DNA of 64,000 bases. Source: an uncultured Actinomycetes bacterium (lineage in GTDB: Bacteria; Actinomycetota; UBA4738; HRBIN12). The notes below the pieces were generated by a model. It searched no databases, had not been told where the DNA came from, and worked only from the letters and a program-made list of their open reading frames with translations. The position numbers and the translations under genes were made by a program. Shown here in pieces: positions 17,843-28,432 of this stretch; position 1 is the stretch's first letter, and every line of letters begins with the position of its first letter. The stretch covers positions 81,684 to 145,683 of the forward strand of contig CAVROD010000001.1 in assembly GCA_963722795.1 (NCBI GenBank), in the 5' to 3' direction.

Positions 17843-18913
17843 CTACTGGTCGGCATCGGGCCACACCGGTGGCTCGACGCCGAGTTGATCGAACCGCACG
17901 CTGGTGGGGTCGCGGTCCTCGCGCCATCGCACGAACGTCGCCGCATGCCGGAAGCGCCCGTACTGCATGCGGTCGATCGTGACCTCGGCCACGAGCACCG
18001 GCTCGATCGCCACCCATTCGAGGTCGCGTCCGCCGGTCCAGCGGCTCGGACCTCCCGGCGTGCGGCCGAGCTCGAAGCTCGGCCCCTCGAGCTGGCGCAG
18101 CTCCGCGAGCATCGCGCGGCGCTCGGCCGCCTTGAACGACGACGTGTGGCCCACGTAGTGCAGCGTGCCCGCATCGTCGTAGAGGCCGAGCAGCAGCGCG
18201 CCGATGCCGTCGCGGGTCTTCGACAGCCGGTAGCCGCCGATCACCACGTCGAGCGTGCGCCGGTGCTTCACCTTGACCCAGCCGCGTTCCCCCGCCAGGT
18301 ACGGCTGGTCCTGGCGCTTAGCGAGCACCCCGTCCTGGCCGAGGCCGTCCTCGTCGTCGAACCAGGCCTGGGCGACCGCCAGGTCGTCGGTCCAGGGAGC
18401 TACCAGCACGACGGGTGGCGCCGGCATCGAGGGAAGATCGCCCGGCGCCTCGGCCCATCCGAGCTCGGCCGCGAGCGCGCTCAGTCGCGCGCGCCGCTCG
18501 GCCAGCGGAAAGCCCGCGAGCTCGTCGTTCCCCTCTCGCAGCAAGTCGAAGAGCACGAGGGTCGCAGGGATCTCACCAGCGAGCTTGTTCACCCTCGACT
18601 CCGCGGGATGCAGCCGCAGCTGCAGCTCGTCGAACTCCATCGCCCCATCGGCGACGCGTACGATCTCCCCGTCGGCCACGAAGGAACCTTCCCCCGCCGC
18701 CTCGACCGCGCTCACGATCTCGGGGAAGTAGCGTCCGAGCGGCCGCCCGTCACGGCTCGCCAGCCGCACCGACCCGTCGTCGGCCACGGCCACGATCGAG
18801 CGGAAGCCGTCCCATTTCGGTTCGTAGGTCCAGCCCTCGCCCTCCGGCATCTCCGGCTGCAGCTTCGCGAGCATCGGCGCCGGCAGATCCCCGACGATCG
18901 TGCGCTTCGGCAT
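17843..18913 (-). CDS. ATP-dependent DNA ligase (LigD ligase-domain / LigC type)
   Basis: 356-aa ORF. Adenylation motif WTYEPKWDGFRSIV, plus EGVLAKR-like GVLAKRQDQPY and an OB-fold C-terminus. Confidence 0.85.
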   Translation of the reverse strand: MPKRTIVGDLPAPMLAKLQPEMPEGEGWTYEPKWDGFRSIVAVADDGSVRLASRDGRPLGRYFPEIVSAVEAAGEGSFVADGEIVRVADGAMEFDELQLRLHPAESRVNKLAGEIPATLVLFDLLREGNDELAGFPLAERRARLSALAAELGWAEAPGDLPSMPAPPVVLVAPWTDDLAVAQAWFDDEDGLGQDGVLAKRQDQPYLAGERGWVKVKHRRTLDVVIGGYRLSKTRDGIGALLLGLYDDAGTLHYVGHTSSFKAAERRAMLAELRQLEGPSFELGRTPGGPSRWTGGRDLEWVAIEPVLVAEVTIDRMQYGRFRHAATFVRWREDRDPTSVRFDQLGVEPPVWPDADQ

Positions 18914-18931
18914 GGTGCGGACCCTACCGCG

Positions 18932-19729
18932 TCAGCGCATCAGCACCGCGGTGAGCCGACCGGCATGCGCCTCGGCCCACCGGGCCGATCGGCGCACGTC
19001 ATCGGTGACGCCGAGCGAACGCAGTCGGATCATGCCTTCATCACCCGCCTCGGCGCCACGCTCGATGCCGTCGGCGCTCGCGTGCATACGGGCCACGATG
19101 CGTCCCGCAAAACCTGTCCGGTCCTCGAGGCCATAGGTGTCGGCGAGCAACCGCAGTCGCCGCTCACGCTCAGCGTCTTCCCAGGGTCCGAACTCCCCAC
19201 GGGCGATCATCGCGGGGTGATGCAGCGGAGCCCAGAGCCAGGCGGCGAACGCGAGATCGTCGAGCGGATCGCCGGGGCGCGCGAGATCCCAGTCGATGAC
19301 GCCGACGATCGCTCCGTCACGCCACACCACGTTGTAGGGCGCCCAGTCGCCGTGCACGATGGTCGCTCCGGGATCACGCGAGCCCTTGAACCGCCATCGC
19401 ACATCGGGAGGCGGCTCGAAGGTCGCGACCGCCTCGTGGAAGCGCCGCAGGAGCACGATCGCCTGCACGAGCGTCTCATCTTCACGCCACCAAGCCGGCC
19501 ACGGATCGGCGTCGCCGACCGTCTCGCCTTCGAGGTACGTGAGGATCTCGCGTCCTCGGTCGTCGATGCCGAGCACCCGCGGCGCAGCATCGAATCCGAC
19601 GGACTCGAGGTATCGCAAGAGCGCGTGCACCGCAGACGTCCACGATCCCGTCGCTCGACGAACGGTGTCGCCGACGCGAACGGCCCCTCCGACGTTCCCG
19701 CCCGGAAGCACCATCTCCTCGTCCGGCAT
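18932..19729 (-). CDS. aminoglycoside/choline-kinase-type phosphotransferase (APH family)
   Basis: 265-aa ORF. Brenner motif region IVHGDWAPYNVVW and the metal-binding motif VIDWDLARPGDPLDDLA. Confidence 0.8.
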   Translation of the reverse strand: MPDEEMVLPGGNVGGAVRVGDTVRRATGSWTSAVHALLRYLESVGFDAAPRVLGIDDRGREILTYLEGETVGDADPWPAWWREDETLVQAIVLLRRFHEAVATFEPPPDVRWRFKGSRDPGATIVHGDWAPYNVVWRDGAIVGVIDWDLARPGDPLDDLAFAAWLWAPLHHPAMIARGEFGPWEDAERERRLRLLADTYGLEDRTGFAGRIVARMHASADGIERGAEAGDEGMIRLRSLGVTDDVRRSARWAEAHAGRLTAVLMR

Positions 19730-19798
19730 TCGGGGAGGATAGAAGGCCTGCCCTTGGCGGGAACCGTGCAGCCGGTCCCTTTCAGCGGGCGGGCCCGG

Positions 19799-20563
19799 TC
19801 ACCGAGGGATGTATCGACGCCGGATCGCGTAGAGGATCGACGCGGCGGCCATCAGGCACACCCCGAGGATCGCGTACCTGCCCACCGACGAGGTGCGATC
19901 GTGCCCGCTCCGTCCTTCATGTGTTGGCACGATCTCCTCCGGCAGGATCGCGTGGAGCAGCTCGTCGGAACGCCGCTGAACCGGTCGCGCTGGCGGATGA
20001 AGTACGTGAGCACGGCGAACGTGAGCACGCCTGTGGTCACGAGGTTGAAGGCGATGTCGCCGGTGGGGTCGGGCGGCACGTACCAGGGGTCGATCAGATC
20101 GGGAATCACGAGCGCATACATGACGGCGACGACGAACGCCCCCAACCACCAGGCTGCGACCCGGAACCCGAACCCCACCATCGAGGCGAGCACCAGCGCG
20201 ATGCCGAAGATCGCCGAGAGCCCGGACGGCACGAGCCCGTCGAACGCCGTCACCTCCAACAAGATGCTCGCGTAGACCGAGAGGAACAGCACCTGGATCA
20301 GCACCGGGAACCGCGCCGGCCATCGCCAGGCCGCCGCGAGCAGGACGACCGTCAGCACGGTGTCGGCGAAGGTCGCAAGTGCGATCGACGTGTAGTCGGC
20401 GTCGAGGTCCGCGAAGCCGGTCGGGATGCTGAGGATCGTCGCGATGTAGATCGCGACGAGCAGTACGCGCCGCCCACCCCCGTTCCGTCTCCGCCTCGTC
20501 GGGTCGTTCCCCGATCGACAGGAAGGGCTCGAGGACGCGTCGCCACCCCGCCCGATCTGCCAT
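19799..20563 (-). pseudogene. remnant of a membrane-anchored class III adenylate/guanylate cyclase (N-terminal 6-TM part only, frame-shifted)
   Basis: MADRAGWRRVLEPFLSIGERPDEAETER is in one frame and six hydrophobic helices are in another. These are followed by RQRDRF..ERRSDELLHAILPEEI, the junction that normally precedes the cyclase catalytic domain. That domain is absent. Confidence 0.4.
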
Positions 20564-20608
20564 CGCCGGGAGCCTATCCCGCAACGGCGAGCCCGGAGTC
20601 CGTGAGGG

Positions 20609-22443
20609 TCACTCCGCTTTCGGGCGGCCTCGGCGCGAGGCCTTCTGGCGGTCGTTCTGAGGCAGCAGCACCTTGCGGAGTCGCACGTTCTTCGGCGTGA
20701 CCTCGACGCACTCGTCCTCGCGCAGGAACTCGAGGGCCTGCTCGAGCGAGAGCTGCGTCTTCGGGATGAGCCGCACCAACTCCTCGGCGTTGGCCTTGCG
20801 CATGTTCGTGAGGTGCTTCTCCTTCGTGGGGTTCACGTCCATGTCCTCGGCGCGCGCGTTCTCGCCGACGATCATGCCCTCGTAGACCTCTTCGCCCGGG
20901 CCGACGAACATCGAGCCGCGTTCCTGCAGGTTCAACAGGGCGAACTGGGTCGTCTCGCCGCGGCGGTCGGCGACGAGCGAGCCGCTCGGGCGCGTGCGCA
21001 ACTCGCCGTGCCAGGGCTCGTAGCCCTCGAACACATGGTGCAGCTGGCCGGTGCCGCGGGTCTCGGTCATGAACTCGGTGCGGAACCCGATCAGGCCGCG
21101 CGCCGGCACGAGGTACTCCATGCGGATCCACCCCGTGCCGTGGTTCACCATCTGCTCCATGCGCCCCTTGCGCAGCGCGAGCAGCTGGCTGATCACGCCC
21201 AGGAACTCCTCGGGGGCGTCGACCGCGACGCGCTCCATCGGCTCGAAGAGCTTGCCGTCGACGGTCTTCGTGACCACCTGCGGCTTGCCGACCGTGAGCT
21301 CGAACCCCTCGCGCCGCATCATCTCCACCAGGATGGCGAGCTGCAGCTCGCCGCGGCCCTGCACCTCCCACATCTCCGGCCGGTCGGTCTCGAGCACGCG
21401 GATCGAGACGTTGCCGACGACCTCCTGATCGAGTCGCGACTTCAGCAGGCGGGCGGTGACCTTGTCGCCGTCCTGGCCGCTGAGCGGCGACGTGTTGATC
21501 GCCACGGTCATCGATAGCGACGGCTCGTCGACGTGGGTGATCGGGCAGCGGCCTCGGGTCGGCGGGGTCGGCGAGCGTCTCGCCGATCGTGATCTCGTCG
21601 ATGCCCGCGACCGCGATGATCTCGCCCGGCCCGGCCTCGTCGGTGTCGACCCGGTCGAGGGCGTCGGTCACGTACAGCTCGCTCAGTTTCTGCTGCTCGA
21701 TCGTGCCGTCGGCCCGGCACCACGCGACCGGCTGCCCCTTGCGCACGACCCCGTTGAACACCCGGCAGAGCGCGAGCCGCCCGACGTAGGGCGAGGCGTC
21801 GAGGTTCGTCACGAGCGCCTGCATCGGGTGGCCCTCGACGTACTCCGGCGCCGGGATGTGCGCGAGCAGCGTCTCGAACAACGGCTTCAGGTCGTCGGCG
21901 AGCGCGTCGGGCGACTCGCCCCGCCTTCCCCTCACGCGAGACCGCGTACAGGATCGGGAACGAGATCTGGTGCTCGTCGGCGTCGAGGTCGAGGAAGAGC
22001 TCCTCGACCTCGTGCACGACCTCGTCGGGGCGCGCGTCGGCCCGGTCGACCTTGTTCACCACCAGGATCACCGGCAGCCGCGACTCGAGCGCCTTGCGCA
22101 GCACGAACCGGGTCTGCGGCAGCGGCCCCTCGCTCGCGTCGACGAGCAGCAGCACGCCGTCGACCATCGTGAGCGCGCGCTCGACCTCGCCCCCGAAGTC
22201 GGCGTGGCCCGGCGTGTCGACGATGTTGATCTTCACGTCGCCGTAGCGCACCGCGGTGTTCTTCGCGAGGATCGTGATGCCCTTCTCGCGCTCGAGGTCC
22301 ATCGAGTCCATGACGCGCTCGGCCACGTCCTGGTTGTCGCGGAACGCCCCGGACTGCCACAGCATCGCGTCGACGAGCGTGGTCTTGCCGTGGTCGACGT
22401 GGGCCACGATCGCCACGTTGCGGATGTCATCTCTGGTCGCCAC
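20609..22443 (-). pseudogene. typA: translational GTPase TypA/BipA; two frame breaks as sequenced
   Basis: N-terminus [40 protein letters not shown]. Middle segment [15 protein letters not shown]...[19 protein letters not shown] and a C-terminal 300 aa lie in two other frames. Breaks are near 21930 and 21515. Confidence 0.9.
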
Positions 22444-22563
22444 GGGTTGAGACTACTCAGCCGCCGGGCCAGGCGCCGGGGCAACCGCCGTGGGCCTCCG
22501 ATCGTCTGCCCCGCCGTTCGCTATCGTCTGGCCGCCGCCATCACCACCCCACGAGGAGCGACC

Positions 22564-24279
22564 GTGGCCATCGAGATCGACATCACGGAAGCGGCGCCGC
22601 CCGATCCGCGGGCGGAACCGGCGATGGTGCCGATGCGCGACGGCATCCGGCTCGCCACCGACGTCTACCTGCCGCAGGATCCGGCGCGTGCCCCCGCTGT
22701 GCTGGTCAGGTTGCCCTACGACAAGGGCGGGCGCTACACGTTCATGTCGAAGATCGCCCCGTCGTTCACCGACCGTGGGTACGCGTTCGTCGTGCAGGAC
22801 GTCCGGGGCAAGTTCCGCTCGGAAGGCGAGACGCTCGCGTTCGCGCACGAGGTCGACGACGGCTACGACACCCTCGAGTGGATGGTCGCGCAGCCGTGGT
22901 GCGACGGGAACATCGGCATGTGGGGCGATTCCTATTACGGCTACACGCAGTGGGCGGCGGTGGCGAGCGAGCATCCGGCGCTGAGGGCGATCGTGCCACG
23001 GGTGACGACCGCCGACCTGGCGGGGTCGGTGGGCAACGACCCGGTGATCCCCCTCTACCTCGGCGAGTACCTGGCGATGTACTGGCTCGACGAGAAGATC
23101 TACCACTGGACGCCGGACTACCGTCACCGGCCCCTGGCGGCGGTCTTCGATGACGCGTTCGAGGCGATCGGCCGGCGCGCCGAGAGCTTCGACCGGTTCG
23201 TGACCACGAGCGCGGCCGGCGAGCCCCTGGAGCGCTATCCCGGCCACCATCCGTTCGACGTGCTGCGCATCCCCGTGCTGCATACCGGCGGTTGGTTCGA
23301 CAACATCATGCCGGAGCAGATGCGCGACTACGACGCCCTGATCGCGCGGCCGGACCTCGCCGCCCTCCAGCACCTCGAGATGAACTCGACCGATCACGAG
23401 AACTATCACCTCGACCTGGTGCCGATCCGACCCGACGACGATCACGACGCCGACGACGAGGCGCTCGCGCGCATGCTGCCTCGCTACCTCGGCTCGGCCC
23501 TGGACTTCTTCGACCGCTTCCTGAAAGGGCAGGAACTCGAGATCCCGCGCGTGCGCTGGCACCACGGCAACGACGGATGGCGGCAGGCGCCGTCGTGGCC
23601 GCCCCCCGGGGCACACGAGATGCGCCTGCACCTTGCGGCGGCCGACCTGGCCACCGCCGATGCCCGGGGTGGCCGTCTCGCGATGGAAGCCGCTCCGTCC
23701 ACGACGACCGCGCGATGGGTCCACGATCCCGCAGACCTCGTGCCCTCGACGGTCGCCGACCCCTTCTCGTTCTTGCGCGAGGCTCCGGACGAGGGACAGG
23801 TGGCGGGTCGCCCCGACGTGCTGACGTTCACGTCCGATGCATTCGATCGGCCGCTCGATCTGACCGGCCCCGTGTCGCTCCGCATCGGTGTCGGGTCCTC
23901 GGCCCCGTCGACGGCGCTCTTCGCGAAGCTCGTCGACGTCGCACCCGACGGCACGGCGCTGATGTTGACGCGCGGCCAGTCGGTGCTGCGAGACCCCGAT
24001 CCATCACGGCCGGTCCGCGTCGACCTCGCCCACCTCGGCTATCGCCTGCGGGATGGTCACCGCCTGCGGCTGCAGCTTGCCTCGAGCGACTTTCCGCTCT
24101 ACCTGCCCCACCCGGGAACCGACGACGACCCCTGGCGAGCAGTCGACGGGCGTGCGAGCGAGCAGACCATGTCGGCGGGCGGGGACGCCGGGGCCTACCT
24201 CAGCGTCACGACGGCTTCCAGCGGCGCGACGCCGAAGCCCACCGCGAAGCGCCGGCACCAGATCGAGACGCTCTCGTAG
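22564..24279 (+). CDS. CocE/NonD-family hydrolase (S15 X-Pro dipeptidyl-peptidase fold)
   Basis: GAGGAG RBS then GTG 22564. Motifs VPMRDGIRLATDVYLP, VRLPYDKG, FVVQDVRGKFRSEGE, GMWGDSYYGYTQW, and C-terminal RLRLQLASSDFP. Confidence 0.85.
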   Translation: MAIEIDITEAAPPDPRAEPAMVPMRDGIRLATDVYLPQDPARAPAVLVRLPYDKGGRYTFMSKIAPSFTDRGYAFVVQDVRGKFRSEGETLAFAHEVDDGYDTLEWMVAQPWCDGNIGMWGDSYYGYTQWAAVASEHPALRAIVPRVTTADLAGSVGNDPVIPLYLGEYLAMYWLDEKIYHWTPDYRHRPLAAVFDDAFEAIGRRAESFDRFVTTSAAGEPLERYPGHHPFDVLRIPVLHTGGWFDNIMPEQMRDYDALIARPDLAALQHLEMNSTDHENYHLDLVPIRPDDDHDADDEALARMLPRYLGSALDFFDRFLKGQELEIPRVRWHHGNDGWRQAPSWPPPGAHEMRLHLAAADLATADARGGRLAMEAAPSTTTARWVHDPADLVPSTVADPFSFLREAPDEGQVAGRPDVLTFTSDAFDRPLDLTGPVSLRIGVGSSAPSTALFAKLVDVAPDGTALMLTRGQSVLRDPDPSRPVRVDLAHLGYRLRDGHRLRLQLASSDFPLYLPHPGTDDDPWRAVDGRASEQTMSAGGDAGAYLSVTTASSGATPKPTAKRRHQIETLS

Positions 24280-24728
24280 TCGTCGAGATGGACGCCGCGA
24301 GGGATCTCGTAGTTCTGGTCGCCCTGGTTCCCCTTGAGACCGCCGAGGTCGAGGAACGCATCATCGTGCGCGTCAGCGTCGCCGCCGGCCGGCGCCTCGG
24401 ACAGGTAGACGCGAACGTCGGGACCACTCGACGTGTCGAGGCGCTCGATGCGCAGGAACCGCGAACCGTCCTCGAGCTCCAGGATCGATGCGATGCCGCT
24501 CGTCCCGTGTGCGAGGCTCCGGAACTCGCCCATCGAGAGCACGGTCGTGCCTTCCGTCTTCGCGTCATCGGTCGCGTGGCCGTCGACGCCGGACGCGGCG
24601 GCGGTCGGCAGGGCCTCATCCACACGCTCGTCGACGAACAGATGCTGAGGTCCGAACCAGTAGACGCCAGCGGCGCTCGCGGTGGCCACGATGACGGCGC
24701 CGATGAACAGGATCCTGCGTCGATTCAT
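24195..24728 (-). CDS. DM13 domain protein, N-terminally membrane-anchored or secreted
   Basis: 177-aa ORF. N-terminal hydrophobic segment ILFIGAVIVATASAAGVYWF. DM13-like core GEFRSLAHGTSG.ASILEL.DGSRFLRIERLDTSSGPDVRVYL...LGGLKGNQGDQNYEIP..V.LDDYESVSIWCRRFAVGF. Confidence 0.7.
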   Translation of the reverse strand: MNRRRILFIGAVIVATASAAGVYWFGPQHLFVDERVDEALPTAAASGVDGHATDDAKTEGTTVLSMGEFRSLAHGTSGIASILELEDGSRFLRIERLDTSSGPDVRVYLSEAPAGGDADAHDDAFLDLGGLKGNQGDQNYEIPRGVHLDDYESVSIWCRRFAVGFGVAPLEAVVTLR

Positions 24729-24857
24729 GCCGCCCGGTGCAAGGGGAGCCGCAGAACGTTACACGCGGCCGGAGAACGAGGCAGAGGAGGCATGCCTGAC
24801 CCAGGCAAGCGTCCGATCTCGCGGGCGCACGTTCGGACCCTCGCCCGACGGGACTTC

Positions 24858-24905
24858 GCAGGGACCTCCTTAGTGGCGCCTGCGTCGGAACACGGAGGTC
24901 CCTGC
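24858..24905. terminator. 12-bp perfect inverted repeat (GCAGGGACCTCC / GGAGGTCCCTGC) with a 24-nt loop
   Basis: Arms at 24858-24869 and 24894-24905. Lies between the stop of the binding-protein gene (24983) and the start of the DM13 gene (24728), both on the minus strand. No U-tract follows. Confidence 0.35.
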
Positions 24906-24982
24906 CAAGTCACCGGGGACGACAAGGAACGGTGGCCGCATGAGAGAAGCAGGGTGCTGCAACGTCCCCCCGTCGCCTGGGC

Positions 24983-26251
24983 CTAGCCGCCGACGCCCGC
25001 CTTGAAGCGCGCCCACTCGTCCTGGTAGAGCTGGTCGTCGATCGGCGAGAGCGGCAGCACCGGCTGGCCCTGTCCGAAGTCTTCCTCGGCCACGAGCGTG
25101 TTCTCGAGGTTCGGCGGGATGTAGCCCGCGTCGAGGAACTCCTGGCGATCGACGCCCACGAGCGGCGGCTGGAAGCCCTCGTAGCCGAAGTTCGTGAGGG
25201 CGACCTCCTTGTCCATCAGGAAGTTGATGAACAGGTGGGCGAGCACCGGGTTCTCGGCGTCCTTGTTCAGCACGATCGTGTCGTTGGCGACCTCCCAACC
25301 GCCCTCGGGCGGGTAGTAGTAGCCGAGCACGTCGACGTCGGTGCCCTTGGGCAGGTACCACTGCGCGTAGTTCATGTTGCCCGACCACGAGTAGCGCACG
25401 TGGCTCGTGCCCTCGGCGAGCTTCTGGTAGTCGCCCGGCCCGATCTCCACGTTCACGAGGTCGATCAGCTCGAGCAGCGAGTCGACGGCGGCCGCGACCT
25501 CGTCGGGGTCGGTCGAGTTGAAGTTCGTGCCGCCGTTGCGCAGCAGGGCCATGCCGATCGTCTCGCGGTACTCGTCGAGCACGCCGACCTTGCCGGCGTA
25601 CTTCTCGTCCCAGAAGACGTCGAAGGGCATGTCGTAGGTCGCGGGGTCCTCGACGAAGTCGCTCCGGTAGCCGATGCCGGTCTTCCAGGTGAGGTATGGC
25701 ATCGTGTACTGTGCGCCGCCGTCGTACCAGGGGTCCTGGAAGTAGGGCCACACGTTCGCCATGTTCGTCAGGTACGTGTGGTTCCAGGGCTGCACGCGCT
25801 TGGCGGCGACGAGCTTGCCGACGTTCTCGATCGTGGGGAAGAACACGTCCCACTGGATCGTGTCGTTCTGCACCTTGTTCATGGCCTCGGCCATGCCGGC
25901 GAACTGGGTGAACTCGATCTCCACGTCGTACTCGTCCTGGAACTGCTTGAGCACCTTCTTGTAGATGTAGTCGTTCCAGTTGTAGACGCGCAGCGGTCCC
26001 GCCTCGGGCGTGAGGTTGTCGGCCACGGCCGGGATGTCGTCGTAGAGCGGGAGTGTCACGGGGTTGTCGGGCGAGGCGAGCTCGATGCCGCCCTCGCCGG
26101 TGGTGGCGCTCGGACCACCGCCCGTGTCGGTGGAACTGTCCCTGCAGGCCGCGAGCACGGCGCTCATCGACGGCAGGGCGATGCCGGCCGCGGCAGCTCG
26201 CCGCAAGAACTCACGACGGCTGTGGGTCGGCCGTTCCTTCGGATGCGCCAT
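24983..26251 (-). CDS. ABC transporter substrate-binding lipoprotein, PotD/PotF (polyamine-type) family
   Basis: 422-aa ORF. Tat-like lipoprotein leader SRREFLRRAAAAGIALPSMSAVLAAC. Family 1 solute-binding core (VYNWNDYI..., PYLTWKTGIGYRSD). Confidence 0.85.
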   Translation of the reverse strand: MAHPKERPTHSRREFLRRAAAAGIALPSMSAVLAACRDSSTDTGGGPSATTGEGGIELASPDNPVTLPLYDDIPAVADNLTPEAGPLRVYNWNDYIYKKVLKQFQDEYDVEIEFTQFAGMAEAMNKVQNDTIQWDVFFPTIENVGKLVAAKRVQPWNHTYLTNMANVWPYFQDPWYDGGAQYTMPYLTWKTGIGYRSDFVEDPATYDMPFDVFWDEKYAGKVGVLDEYRETIGMALLRNGGTNFNSTDPDEVAAAVDSLLELIDLVNVEIGPGDYQKLAEGTSHVRYSWSGNMNYAQWYLPKGTDVDVLGYYYPPEGGWEVANDTIVLNKDAENPVLAHLFINFLMDKEVALTNFGYEGFQPPLVGVDRQEFLDAGYIPPNLENTLVAEEDFGQGQPVLPLSPIDDQLYQDEWARFKAGVGG

Positions 26252-26371
26252 GCAAGAACCCCCTCGCGATACGCGGACGAGACCCCCGGGGTGTACCGGT
26301 GCGCGGAACCCATGTCAAGGCAATGCAGGGTCCTCGTGCGTGACCATCGGTCGGCCGGGGCCGTGCAGCGG

Positions 26372-26389
26372 GGTGCTAGCGTCCGCGCG
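26372..26389 (+). promoter_or_regulatory. candidate extended -10 promoter (TGcTAGCGT) ending 8 nt before ATG 26391; copy 1 of an 18-nt duplicated element
   Basis: GGTGCTAGCGTCCGCGCG is identical to 28433-28450. The TAGCGT hexamer fits the actinobacterial TANNNT pattern, preceded by TGn. Confidence 0.35.
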
Positions 26390-26390
26390 C

Positions 26391-28380
26391 ATGGGCGACG
26401 AGCGACGGTTCCTCACGATGGACGACGGGGCGCGCATCGCGCGTCACCCTGCACATCGCCCGACCATGTGCCGGCGCCGTGGCCGGTGGTGTTCGAGGCC
26501 CGGCCTTACCGCAAGGACGACATCTCGGACGCGACGCGCGATCTACCGGCGGCTCTGCGACGAGGGGGGTCTCGCCGTGTGCCGGGCCGACGTGCGCGGC
26601 ACGGGCTCGAGCGAGGGAGACGCGGTCGACGAGTACACCGCCCGCGAGTGGCAGGACTGGCTGCGCGGTGATCGCGTGGCTCGCCGAGCAGGACTGGTCG
26701 CAACGGCAACGTGGGCATGTACGGCACCTCCTACGCGGGTTCAACTCGCTCCAGGTGGCGGCGCTGCAGCCCGCCGGCGCTGAAGGCGATCATCCCGATC
26801 TACGCGACCGACCGGCGGTACACCGACGACGTCCACTACGGCGGCGGGGTGCGGCGCGGCATCGACTTCCTCGACTACCCGATGTACATGGTGGCGATGA
26901 ACGCCCTGCCGCCCGTGCCCTCGGTCTACGGCGAGGGCTGGCGAGAGGAGTGGCTCCGCCGGATCGAGGCGAACGAGCCGTGGGAGCTCCGCTGGCTCGA
27001 GCAGCAGACCGAGGACGACTACTGGCGGCACGGCTCGGTGTGGTTCGACGGCTACGAGCGCGATCGAGGCGGCCACGATGATCGTCGCGGGCCACGCCGA
27101 CGGCTACCGCAACATGGCGTTCCGCGGCGTTCGAGCGGCTCGCGGGCCCGAAGCGGCTGCTCTTCGGCCCGTGGAGCCACATGAGCCCCCGGCTCTCGAT
27201 GCCCGGGCCGCGCATCGACCACGTGCCCGAGATGATCCGGTGGTGGCGGCGGTGGCTCGCCGGCGAGGACAACGGCGTCGACCGCGAGCCGCCGATCCGA
27301 GTGTTCATGCGTCGGGCGACGAGGCCCGAGCCCGACCTGGACCGACCACGATGGCGAGTGGCGGGCCGAGCCGGCGTGGCCGCCGCCCGGCTCGCGCGAA
27401 CGACACGGCTGGACCTGCGGCGAGCCGTGCGCTCGGGCGGCTGGCGGGCTGCGCACCGACGCCGGACGACGTCGCTCGAGGTCCGCGGCGACGTGGGCGT
27501 GACCGGATCGATCTGGTGCGCGGCGGATCTGCCGTTCGGCTCGCCCTGGGACCAGCGACCCGACGAGGCCATTCTCGCTCGTGTACGACTGCTGCAGCCG
27601 TCGGCAGGAGCTGGAGATCGCCGGGCACGTCCTCGGGTCGAGCTGCACGGTCGTCGTCGTCGCGACGCCCGTCGCCTTCGTGTCGCGCGAAGCTCTGCGA
27701 CGTCGTTCCCCGACGGACGTCGGCCATGATCACGCGCGGCATCGTGAACCTCACCCATCGCGACTCGGCACGAGCCGCCCGGCGCCGATGCCCGTCGGCG
27801 AGCCGGTCGACGTGACGGTCGAGCTGGACGCCACCGCCTACGTCGTTCGAGCCCGGACACCGGCATGCGCCTCGACCTGGCCGGCAGCGACTTCCCGTCG
27901 AGCTGGCCGCCGCCGCACGCCGGCACGCTCACCGTCGACGCCGCCGCCTCGCGCCTCGTGCTGCCCGTGCTCGAGGGACCGCCGCGAGGCCGAGCCGCCG
28001 GTGTTCGCGCCGGGCGAGCCGGAGCCGCACCGGCCCGACCACGTGACCTGGACGATCGAGGACGACGTGCTGGCCCGCGAACGGCGCGTGCGCGATCGAC
28101 CATGGTGGCGTGCGAGGACAGGCCGGCGACATCGACATCCTCGACAGCTACGGCGGCGAGATCGGCGTGTCGACGGTCGACCCCGGCCGCGCATGGGCGA
28201 CGCGGCGCCACGAGCTTCGAGCTGGCGTTTCCCGAGGTGGCGGTCCGCACCGCGTCGCGCGGCACGCTGCGCACGGAAGCGAGCCATGGCACCTCGTCGC
28301 TCGAGCTCGAGGTCTTCGAGGACGACGAGCTCATCGCCGAGCGGCGGTGGGAGCGGACCGTGCCGCGCGGGCTGGCCTGA
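26391..28380 (+). pseudogene. second CocE/NonD-family hydrolase; many frame breaks as sequenced
   Basis: Pieces across three frames: FLTMDDGARIA, PWPVVFEARPYRKDDISDATRD, LAVCRADVRGTGSSEGD, VIAWLAEQDWS, GMYGTSYAG, ALKAIIPIYATDRRYTDDVHYGGG, MIVAGHADGYRNMAF, and C-terminal LELEVFEDDELIAERRWERTV. Confidence 0.8.
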
Positions 28381-28432
28381 GCGGCCGCTCAGGGCGAGCC
28401 TGACCGGCGGTGCCTGCACGCGGGCGCCCGCA

